A stretch of DNA of 64,000 bases. Source: Ginglymostoma cirratum (taxonomy: Eukaryota). Below the pieces are notes generated by a model that saw only the letters and a program-made list of their open reading frames with translations, searched no databases and was not told the DNA's origin. Shown piece after piece: positions 40,381-50,494 of the stretch. The number at the start of each line of letters is the position of its first letter. The first letter of the stretch is position 1. Both the position numbers and the translations under genes were made by a program. The DNA is taken from contig JAHRHZ010000166.1 in the NCBI GenBank assembly GCA_024137785.1, positions 1,348,917-1,412,916 of the forward strand. Direction: 5' to 3'.

Positions 40381-43300
40381 CTATGGAAGAAATCAGAAAC
40401 CACTACCATCAAAAAGGTATAGAAACAGTGCATGGCAATTTAACACTTTTAGCTGATCCCACCTCTACCTTCTTCAGTTAGAATGACAGCTATCTCTATC
40501 TCCATGTAGCCATAATTATTTCCCAATTGAGCATCCGCCTCAACAAAGAATTTAAAAAATGCAAGGAGATTCCATACATCCATTACGTACATGAGTCACC
40601 TCTAAACTGCTTGACCTTATTTTAAGAGATAAAAGGTACTGCAGATGCTGAGAATCTGAGGTAACAAGGTGTGGGGCTGGATGAACACAGCAGGCCAAGC
40701 AGCATCATAGGAGCAGGAAAGCTTGACGTTTCAGGCCTAGACCCTTCATCAGAAACTGAAAGCATTTTCTGATGAAGGGTCTAGGCCCGAAACGTCAAGC
40801 TTTCCTGACCTTATTTTAAGGTTGTGTCCTCTTGTTAAAGAGCCAGAACACCTCAGTGTTCTGCCAGTCTTGCCAGCATCAGCCACAACTGGAGTAAATA
40901 ACATTTATATTACAATTACATGAGACAGATAAATTAGCAGAAACACAGAATGAGATATGAAGAGAGAAAAGAAGGGACAGGTACATGAAAATAAAGGGTT
41001 GATTTATAGAACAACATAACCTTGCAAACATTGTCCTGTCAGACCACCGAATAAGAAATGAAGTTCTCAAATTTTGCCACATTCTTACAAATTAATTCTT
41101 ATGGCCTAATGAAATGCTTTAAACTAACTAATCATCTAAACTAAATCTTGTCTTGGTTATCCTTGCATGCAGGAGCAATTGTCAAATCTGTATGAAGTGT
41201 TTTCAGAATATGAACACTCTTATCCCTTCATCATAGCATGAAAGCATAATTCTTTAATTATATATAATTACTGATGTTAAATATCAAGGTTTACATTTTT
41301 GGTTGTTTTATAGAGTCCCTACAGTGTGGAAACAGACCCTTCAGCCCAACAAGTCCACACCAACACTCAGACCCACCCCCCTAATGTACACATCCCTGAA
41401 CATTACGGGCAATTTAGCATGGCCAACCCACCTAACCTGCACATTTTTGGATGGTGGGAGGAAACCGAAGCACCCGGAGGAAACCCACGCAGACACGGAG
41501 AAAATGTGCAAACTCCACACAGACAGATGCCCGAGAGTGGAATTGAACCCAGGTCCCTAGCGCTGTGAGGCAGCAGTGCTAACCACTGAGCAACCGTGCC
41601 GCCCTTAAAGTTGCATTCATTGCTGCGAAAATGGTAAGCTGCGCCAAATTGCATTGTTCATAATTAAATGTTCAGTAAACTTCTGTTGCCCAAATCATTT
41701 CTCCTCAGCCTTTTGTAAAATCAGGGAAAGGAAAGAATATGTTGAGAAAGAAAATATAACAATTTTCATCCATTTACCTCCTGGTTTGTATCACGTGGTC
41801 TAAAATCTGTGACTTTCTTTTCCGTATTCCAGTTACCTGATGTAAAAAAACGGTTAGCTCTTTATTTAAAATAAGTTAGACTGATTGGGTTAATGAACAT
41901 AAAGAATCAAAGGGCATAATAACACTCAGTCCCGGATATAGAGATGGATTTACAACACCAAAGGACACTTCCTACCTGAGTCAGAATTCCTGCAGCTCCA
42001 AACGACGTAGACAGTAAACATCATAACAAGAAGAATCAGTACCGGTGAACTCCCATAAAATATTAAAGGGCAAGGAAATTCAGGTTGCTCTGAAGAAGGC
42101 AGAGGTACTATTAAAAATCCACAAACTAACCATATTCCACTTGCAGACAGCTCACGGAGACCCATCAACGTCAATTTAAAATAGTTGAGGACTGTACTTC
42201 GATGTCAGTCTTGCCATCGCATGCCACAAAAAATTTACGTAAATAATATAATCCTTAAAATTACATCTCAGCACTTCTATCAATGAAGCAATTTAGTATT
42301 TAAACATTTACAGTAGGTGTTTGCATTGTGGATTTTACATTAAACAACTAATTGTGGCACCTGAAACATCTTGGAAAACAAGTTACCCCGAATTTTCGGA
42401 ATTTGATGCATGTTACATCCGCTGTACGCTTTTAACTCTGCAAGTGACTATGTTTCCTAACAAATACTGTGTTAAAATCGTTACTCTGCTCCTTAACTAA
42501 CACGTCACAATTTAGTATTTTCACCACTTACATTGCGATTTACAAAGACAATCAGAAGGGAGAAATGTTTTAGTTCTTTTTCAGTCGATTAAGGAGGCTA
42601 CGTGCAATCTTGGAAAATCGGGATCGACGCAGGTAGATAAACAGTGATTTGGCGCTACGTGGACAAAAATAAAACTAAAAAGAAACATGAAGCCAAATGA
42701 TGATAAGGGAAACGTTAAAATTTACCGTAAGCACGGAATTACAAAGCAGAGAAATGATGGCGTACGCTAGGGAAATGTTTTAATCAAGCTTGGAGCATAA
42801 TGAATAGACATGAGATTGATGTGCAAAATGGAGTTGGTGCAAACAGCATTCTTCAGTATACACGGAGGATAGAGATAACATTACCAAAAAGATATTTGGG
42901 AGGATTCGTCGAAGAAACACTATTTTTAAGTTATTTTAATTTTAATTGCCAGTTGTGTTAAATTACATCTTTCCGAGATACTTCCAACAGAAGTTTACTG
43001 AACGTATGAAATACGAAAACCTATTCATATGAATTAAGAGGGAAATTAGTGAACTAGAATTTTAATCAGTAAAAGCTAAGGCTCCTACTTACATTGTCCT
43101 AATATAATACTACTACCATAAAGAAATGATTTGCTTCAACAGATTGTGATAAACATTCAGAACGATAAACAGCATAAGATTGAGTGTTTTGAAAGAAGTA
43201 AATGTCCGGACGTGGATGCAAAGAAAGGGGGGAGCTTTTAAGGTTAATGATCATATTGTTCACAATAAAGTTCGAAATTAGCATTAAACATAAGCGTGAA

Positions 43301-44835
43301 CTGATAGTCAATCTTTACCTTTCTGATATGAGACACTTTCACTGAAATTTGTAGTTGAGTTGAATTGAACCCAGCAAGCACGGGTATTGCCATTCTTCCA
43401 AGCTTCTGCCGGGACTCTAATATGACTTCTGATACTATTTGCCCCGGCGGAGTCTATTGTCACAGAATCTCTCCAATTCTCGGCATTCCTCGTGGAAATA
43501 TTCCAGTCGATGGTAAGGGTATCAGAAATCACGTTGCTCACTAAACACATCAGTGGGACAGTTTCCATAGAAAAGGTTTCATTCGGCAATGGGGATAAAA
43601 GAATTACGGTGGGAGTCCCTGATGAGATTGGGAGGTAATATTAAATTATTGTTCAACGTTGCCGGTTATTGACAGTGAATTCTGTAAATCTGTCTTTGCT
43701 CTTACCTGCTATGAGCAATTTCGATCCCTTTCCGAATATGAAAGGGCGAAGGTGCGATTTCCTACCAGCGCAGGAATACAGACCAGAATCATTTTCCTGG
43801 ACATTGTGAATCACGAGCGTATAAATAGTCGAATTGGCACTAATTTCTCCAAAAACTCTCTCAGAGCGTTTCCTCACGATGTAAACGAGCTGCAGATTTT
43901 CTCGTCCTTTCTGTTTATACCAGTGAACACCTCTCGCAGCAATCCAGCCCGTGTGACAGTGCATCCTGACAGTGCTTCCAACGGAGACGCTCTGAAGTGC
44001 TGGAGTCTGCCGAAGAGCTGTCTGAGGGACGGCAGCTATGAAAACAGGACATTGGAATTAGAATCCCTACAGCGTGTAAACAGGCCCTTCGGCCCAACAA
44101 GTCCACATCGACCCTTGGAGCATCCCACCCAGACCCATTCCTCTATAACCCACACACCCTTGAACACTACGGGCAATTTAGCACGGCCAACCCACCTAGC
44201 CTGCACATCTTTGGACCGTGGGAGGGAACCGGAGCCCCCGGAGGAAACCCACGCAGACACGGGGAGAGTGTGCAAACTCCACGCAGTCACCTAGGGCTGG
44301 AATCGAACCCGGGCTGCTGGCGCTGTGAGGTTGCAGTGCTAACCACTGAGCCACCGTGCCGTTAGAAGAAGCTTTTTTTGACTGAGAAAAAGTGTGCTTA
44401 ACACAAGTTTAATGGTGTAAGTGAGGAAAATTTTCCTCATTTTCCTCAATGACTACGAATGGTAATGACGAATTTGGTTAACCTTGAGTCAATAGCAGGG
44501 GAAAGAAAGAGACAAAGCAAGAAAGAGAAAAAGAAAGAGAGAAAGAAAGAGAAAGAACAAGAAAAAGAAAGCAAGAAAGAAAGGAAGAAAGACAGAAAAA
44601 AGTGAGAAAGAAAGGGAGAAAGCGAGAAAGACAGAAGGACAGAAAGAAAGAGAAAGCAAGAAATAGAGAAAGAAAGAAAAGAAAAACTCCAATTCCTCAC
44701 CACAAAACAAAGGCTATTGTATCTAGCTACTTAATACTTCACTTTACTGGATTTCCTGTTGGTCCTATCCCTTGAAAATAAGAATGTCGAACCTGACAGA
44801 AGATTGACCAGGGTACAGAGAGTTGCGATATTCAT
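40336..44835 (-). CDS. Spliced 6-exon gene, 296 aa: non-rearranging antigen-receptor-like IgSF membrane protein (leader - germline-joined VJ - C1 - TM - ITIM/ITSM-like tail)
   Basis: Exons of 43+330+300+114+59+45 = 891 nt join in frame with GT-AG introns of phase 1,1,1,1,0 and no internal stop. V-set, J, C1-set, TM and Tyr motifs occur in the expected order. Confidence 0.88.
40627..40805. mobile_element. Intronic PLE-derived element with two back-to-back hammerhead cores and 15-bp TSD
   Basis: TGACCTTATTTTAAG at 40612-40626 and 40806-40820; cores at 40725-40752 (-) and 40769-40796 (+). Confidence 0.85.
40720..40757 (-). ncRNA. Minimal hammerhead ribozyme, sense to the receptor pre-mRNA
   Basis: AGUUU-CUGAUGA-AGGGUCUAGGCCU-GAAA-C-GUC-AAGCU: 5-bp stem I, short stem II, palindromic ACGU stem III. 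Confidence 0.65.
41310..41604 (-). mobile_element. HE1-type SINE in intron 5
   Basis: Family match. Confidence 0.9.
41778..41836 (-). CDS. Exon 5: cytoplasmic segment GNWNTEKKVTDFRPRDTNQE
   Basis: Branch-like GCTAAC plus TTTTTTTACATCAG acceptor, donor GAG|GTAAAT, phase 1-0, open frame. Confidence 0.8.
41976..42089 (-). CDS. Exon 4: short stalk with Cys plus transmembrane helix
   Basis: Acceptor CTCTGCCTTCTTCAG, donor CAG|GTAGGA. Translation EQPEFPCPLIFYGSSPVLILLVMMFTVYVVWSCRNSDS; no charged residue in the TM. Confidence 0.88.
43319..43618 (-). CDS. Exon 3: Ig C1-set constant domain
   Basis: Acceptor CTCATCAG, donor AAAG|GTAAAG, 300 nt, phase 1-1. Translation TPTVILLSP..PLMCLV..TIDW..SIRSHIRVPAEAWKNG..CWV shows the C1 hallmarks PxVxLLxP, LxCLV and VPxxxWxxG. 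Confidence 0.93.
43706..44035 (-). CDS. Exon 2: Ig V-set domain with germline-encoded J motif
   Basis: Acceptor TGTTTTCATAG, donor CAG|GTAAG. Translation AVPQTALRQTPALQSVSVGSTVRMHC..WYKQ..TLVIHNVQENDSGLYSC-AGRKSHLRPFI-FGKGSKLLIA has both Cys, WYxQ, DxGxYxC and FGxG. Confidence 0.95.
44059..44361 (-). mobile_element. HE1-type SINE in intron 1, ending about 23 nt before the V-exon acceptor
   Basis: Family match; CpG-rich copy. Confidence 0.92.
44500..44686. repeat. Degenerate (GAAA)n purine-rich tract in intron 1
   Basis: Directly visible. Confidence 0.9.
44793..44835 (-). CDS. Exon 1: signal peptide MNIATLCTLVNLLS
   Basis: ATG at 44835, hydrophobic 14 codons plus 1 nt, phase-1 donor G|GTTCGA (weak). 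This is typical Ig split-leader geometry and is in frame with exon 2. Confidence 0.72.
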
Positions 44836-45010
44836 TCTCTGTGGGCGAGGTTCTCACTGTGAAACTTACACCGATTTGTTTGTGAAGCTCAAAGTTAATG
44901 CATTATAAAGTTAAAGGCACAGCTGTGGAAATTTTCTATTGCATTTAAAAATAGCCAGATGGTAAATACAGAATTGATGGTTTAATCTGTGGGTTTCCTG
45001 TTTACACGTT
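44836..45010 (-). promoter_or_regulatory. Putative proximal promoter of the VJ-C1 gene
   Basis: Directly upstream of the ATG: TATAAT-like at about 44902-44907, E-boxes CAGCTG 44920-44925 and CAGATG 44956-44961, and ETS-like ACAGGAAA next to RUNX-like TGTGGG at about 44988-45001. Short motifs only. Confidence 0.35.
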
Positions 45011-45189
45011 AAATGTCCACCCACAGATCTGTTTGCAAAGATCAATCGATCAACATGCAGTTTCAATTTTTTTCCTCTCTCTTTCAATAATTTACCACTC
45101 TAAATGAGCATACTGCCTGCTTCATTCCCTCTCCGGTTAGGTCTTGTTCCTCGACAACTGTCAACTGTCCCTCATTGGGCACCTGCTTC

Positions 45190-45600
45190 GTTTCAGAGCC
45201 AAAAGAACGTAGCCAGTCCATAAAGCACCACGTAAGAGTCAGTCCTAAAGCCTGTGTCGCAAATGATGTACACTTTCATGTACACATGAAAGGGTAATCT
45301 TTTGGCTGAGATGTTAAACCTAGACATATGTTTGCCCTTTCAAGACATAGTAAGTATCACCAGCCCGATTTTATCAAAAGGTCCTGGTTGCTAGCCTGAC
45401 TTTCTTGGGTAAAATTTCTCCACCCGCATCATTGCAAGAAAAACTCATTATTATTGCGTTATTGGTTGTTCGAGGTTGTTTTAGAATAAATCGTTATCCT
45501 GCGCTTTACGTTAGAATAGCGGTGATATTTGAAATCTTACATCCTTGTTTGTAAGTTACTGAGACGTCTTCGCTGCATAAATAGATATCTGCTTTATCTA
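45190..45600 (+). mobile_element. Highly decayed DeuSINE-like element
   Basis: GAGATGTTAAACC, followed by spaced remnants resembling the Deu domain and 3' tail as recalled (not aligned). Confidence 0.45.
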
Positions 45601-46432
45601 ACAACAGTGTTTTCCTTCTTGCTGTTGTTAAACATTTATACTGGATTCTCAAATTTACTGATAATGTATAGTTGGATGTGAATACTCTGTTTTTGCTTAC
45701 AGTCTTCCAGTAAACGATATTAGTTACAAGAAACGGTCAATTGTTTATAATCCGGATTAAAAATTAGTAAATTGCTTTATTGCTTATGACGATGAGAGCA
45801 TGTGTGTACAAGGATGTTTGTTTTTGTTATTCAGTTAATAAGCTTACTGTTGGTTACTGTGCAAAACGAAGAGGAATAATGTACTGTCCACCAGAACTTT
45901 ACAGTTGCTTGTTAGATTGTGACAAATTGCGCACAGGTATGAAATAACATAATAAGTCGTGTTCATTCTATGTTTAATAAAATCACTCAATTGCTTCATT
46001 GACTATGTTTATGAGTGTCCATTGGTTATAACCTAGTGAATTCTTTAAAATCGACTTGACCATTGATACAGTCATAAATTTATTGTTTTATTGTTTTTCA
46101 GCTTTATTTCATTTTTTTGTAAAAGTGTTGTTGACCATTAACTTACAATTGAAAGTTATTACAGGAGCATACTTTTATGACTAATTATTCGTTCTAGTTG
46201 ATGATCAGTTATCATTGATTCCTATCTTGGGTTTGCTGGCAACATCCATGGTATAAAACCATGGTTAATTGCAAGTTTAACCTACAAGTATATATTCCAT
46301 CATTTTCCTCCATATATTTCAAAGCCTTTTTTAAACAAGTGTCATGTTATCAATCCAATTGCACTCTTCACAATTGCTGTGTACCCCATGCACAAGCAAC
46401 TGCAGATTTGTATCCCTGTCCCTGAGTTAAAG

Positions 46433-47100
46433 TCATAGAGTCATAAGGGCATACAGTATAGAAACAGGCTGTTCGGCCCAATTTGTCCATGCCACTCAGT
46501 TTTCACAATTAACCTAGTCCTATTTGCTTGCATTTGTTCCATATCCCTTCATACGTATCCTGTCCATGTAGCTGTCTAAATGTTTCTTAAATGATGCAAT
46601 TGTATTTGCTCCCAGCATTACCTCTGGCAGAGATAGTAGGAGCTGCAGATGCTGGAGAATCTGAGATAACAATGTGTAGAGCTGGATGAACACAGGAGGC
46701 CAAAGGGCCTTCTTTTCTGAAGAAGGGTCTAGGCCCGAAACGTCAGCCTTCCTGCTCCTCTGATGCTGCTTGGCCTGCTGTGTTCATCCAGCTCTACACC
46801 TTGTTATCTCATTACCTTTGGCAGCCTGTCCTAGACACTTACCACGCTCTGTGTGAAAAAAAAATGCCCCTCTCGACTCTTTTTTAACACTTCCCCTCAT
46901 CTTAAACTTATGCCATCTAGTTTCACACTCCTCGACCATGAAGAAAAGCTTTTGGCTATCTACTTGATCTATGCCTCGCATGACTTTATATACATCAACA
47001 AGATCACCTCTTAGTTTCCTATGTTCCCGTGAAAGAAAGTCCCAGCAGATCTAACCTCTCCTTACAATGCAAACCTTCCAGTCAAGGAAGCATCTTTCAA
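46433..47100 (-). mobile_element. CR1 3' fragment with nested PLE-hammerhead element (46631-46809)
   Basis: CR1 tail; TSD CATTACCT(C/T)TGGCAG at 46616-46630 and 46810-46824. Confidence 0.8.
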
Positions 47101-47469
47101 ATCTTTTCCGCATCAACTGTTTCCAGTTCAACCCATTCCTTCTTAATTCACTTGAATATTTTTCTATGTTTCTTACATTCACATGCTGGAAATACATATG
47201 TTAAACACAATTGGTGATTAAAATCAAAATAAGTTTAAACCAGTGCTCCTCTGAAGAATCCTTCCATATATTTCTTGATAATAATATCACCATATGGTCC
47301 TGTCCTCTCATGCTTTTCTCCCATAGGCACTTAAAAATGCTCTTTGCACCATCTCCAATACACAGAATATCTATTCATTTTTCCTCTCTCTCTTTTGCAC
47401 TTCTTAAAATACGGAATGACGTGCAACTTTCCAATCCCAAGGAATAATGCCGATATCTAAGGAACACTG

Positions 47470-48115
47470 AATGCCACCATCATTGTAGGCCAGATAGCAA
47501 ACAATGACCAGACAGAGTTTGAAAAGAGACAGAGTGTTTGATGGTGGCATGTAAAGATAACTATCTCTCCCTCAACGTCAGTAAAATGAAAGAGCTGCTC
47601 ATTAACTTCAGGAAGCAAGGCAGAGGGAATACCCCTATCTTCATTAGTGGAGCTGAGCTGCAGGTGGTCAAGAGTGTTAATTTCCGAGGAGTGATGATCA
47701 CCTACAATCTGTATTGGACCACCCATGTTGATGCGACAGTCAAAAAGGCATAACACTCAGGAGGCTAAGGAATTTGGCATGTACATAAAGACTCTTTCCA
47801 ATCTTTATATATGCAACATAAAAAGCATTATATCTGGATGCTTCATAGTTTGGTATAGCAACTGCTCTGCCCAGGACTGTGAGAAACTACAGAGTTGTGA
47901 ACACAGCCCAGACCATCACACAAGCCAACCTTCTATCAATTAACTCCATCTCTACTTCTTGATACTTCGGAAAGGCAGCCAACATAATCAAAGGCCCCTT
48001 CCCACTTCTGAACGGACCTATCAAACTTTAAATTTGTGCACCTTCTCTGTAGCCATGACATTGCATTCCTCTCTCTGTTCTATCACCCCAATGAACTTTG
48101 TATGTATGATTTGCA
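47470..48115 (+). mobile_element. Rex1/Babar-like LINE 3' fragment
   Basis: LSLNVSKMKELLINFRK..FRGVMIT..W..HVDA.VKKA. Confidence 0.8.
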
Positions 48116-48287
48116 CAAGTTTTGAATTTAATCGAGAGTATATGTGTGTCAGGGTGTAATATGATTGAGGGTGACCTTTGTGAGATGTGATGAACTGAGT
48201 CAGACTGGACCTCTGTAAAACCATGGGAGAGGCACAACAGTGTGGCAGTATGATTGTGTACTCACATACTTACGTTTTTATGATGGA

Positions 48288-48316
48288 GTGTGTGTGTGTG
48301 TGTGTGTGTGTGTCTG

Positions 48317-48358
<42 letters not shown>
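48288..48358. repeat. (GT)n microsatellite
   Basis: Directly visible. Confidence 0.95.
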
Positions 48359-48364
<6 letters not shown>

Positions 48365-49414
48365 CACGCTTCCGGCCTTAAGGACATATTTGTATAGGAG
48401 AGTGAGGCAGTATGCCTCGGTGTTAAGATGTGAGATAGAGAATACTTGCATGTATGTGTATGAATGGGAGTGAGAGTGTGGATACGAGTGTGAAAGAAAA
48501 AGGACGTTTCTCCGGAAGAATGACTTGAGAGAGTTTTTGTGAGTGGATGGATGAAAGAGGGAGTCTATGTGTGCATGTGTGTGTTTGCAGGCTTTATGAG
48601 AGTGTGCAAGTTGAGGGAATGAAGTGTGAGAGAGAGATAGTCTGTGAATGCAATGAGTGATTAAATCAGACACAAACCATCTTCTTCCCAAAAATAATTA
48701 ACTGCAAAGTGGGCTGTGGGAGGAGGAAAAACCAGACAGCCTGCTCGTCATCCCAATTTTGAATGAATTCTACCTGCACAAGCTCTAATAATGCACTACG
48801 AGATAAGAAAACAACATCAGTGCTAGTTAAACCTTGCTCCTCAGCTCAGTCTACATGCCCATCCTTAGTGACCAGAACTAGCCCTGTCATTCTGTCCTTT
48901 TTTTAATGTCTGGCTGCCAATCATAGATTTCCCCCCCATTTTATATTGTTTGTTATTTTAAACGTTGTGAAATCAGAAATCTGTCATTTATTCCTTCTTC
49001 ATTGTTTGTTGGGAGAATGAATTTCTTTCCTTTGCTCATTCACAGATTAGATTCCACGAGGATCAGAAATAAATGGGAAATTAGGCTGTTTTAGAAAATG
49101 CATTGGGATCTGGTGAAAAGGTAAAGTTACCATCATTCTAATGGGCCATAATGCAGTATTCTCTCATTAACCAGAGATGCCTGGAGATAGATCAACCTGA
49201 GGGTCCACTCCTCAATTGAACAGAAAGGTTGAGGAGAATTTTTCAATTGAAGCTTAGACAGTGTGGGAATCAAACTCAAGCTATTTGCATTTCTCTGTAT
49301 TGTAAAGCAGGCATCTAGATACTAACCTAAATGAGATTAACTGAATTATAATGGAGTTTAGTGATACAATATCTGGAATCTGCATATATATTAGATTTGC
49401 TTGCCAAGGCAAGG

Positions 49415-50052
49415 TGTTATGGACCAAACCAGACCCCTTCACAATAGTTTAAGAAGGTAACCCAGACCCTAACTATATAAGTATGAAGTCCTAGTTCCAG
49501 ATGTGATGCAACTGGTCAAACCACATGATGCTTAGCAAAACACAATTTATTTATACACTATAGTTAAAATATAAACAAATTAGAGAGGAATTTAGAATAA
49601 CTTACTAATGGAAAACTTAACTGAATAACAGATACAATACTTATTACTAATTAACTGTTCCAATATAGTAACATCCCATAAACACACCTCTTGGAATAAA
49701 GGTAAATTCAGACACAGATTCTTATGTGCAGTTTCCCAATCCAGGAGGGAACAACATCAAGAGAGACTTCAGAGGAAGTCACAGTTAGGAATCATTTGCT
49801 GGAGTTTGCAACACTTTTGGGACCCAAACAGCTTCTCACTGCTACAGCTAAAAAAAACTGAAAAGCCTGATCTAGGAGAATTGACCATTCCTTTTCCATT
49901 GTTACAATGGTGTTGAACAGAACCTAAAGGCCTCTTAACCTATTGACATAGGCTGGACCCAGTAGACACTTTTGTGACCTCTGCCTTTACAACCTCACTT
50001 CAAAAAGAACCCCGGGACAAAACAACCTTTTTAAAGTGACAGCATCGTGACA
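49415..50052. mobile_element. Solo LTR (638 bp) related to the gypsy LTR at 26792
   Basis: TGTTATGGACCA start, TGACA end, 4-bp TSD AAGG on both sides. Confidence 0.85.
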
Positions 50053-50494
50053 AAGGATATACCAATTTTAACTGTTTTGTGATACCTATTCATAGGATTG
50101 AATCCTGGGTGTGCAAACTTGTCCTACGACAGGACAATCTAATGAATGGTCTTATTTTCCTTTGAACTAAGAAGAGTGAATTGGGATCTCATTGAAACAT
50201 AGACAATTCTGAAGAGGCTAACCAGTTTATGAGTTAGGAGGATGTTTTGCCTAGGTGGGGAAGCTGGGTCGAAGAGTCACATTCTGAGAACAATAAGATA
50301 GCTATTTAATACTGATTCAAATGTTTGTGGACATATTGAATTCTGTACATCAGAGGCTGGGACTTCTTAGTCATTCATTATATTCGATAATAGGTTTTCT
50401 TGATTTCTGTGTATAAAGCGAGTTATTAGAAGTTGGACAGTGCAGAAAGATTTATCTTTGTTCAAGTGATCTTATTGAATGATAGACAACCAAA

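Noticed and set aside
39934-40433. 88-90 aa ORFs overlapping exon 6
   Set aside because: They are out of frame with the spliced CDS or lie in the presumed 3' UTR, and contain no motifs.
43319-44035. Conventional Ig light chain or TCR rearranging cluster
   Set aside because: There is no RSS-flanked V, D or J. The J motif is inside the V exon, and C is followed by TM and Tyr-tail exons with no charged TM residue.
44446-44710. Phe/Leu/Ser-rich membrane-like ORFs
   Set aside because: Translation of the (GAAA)n tract.
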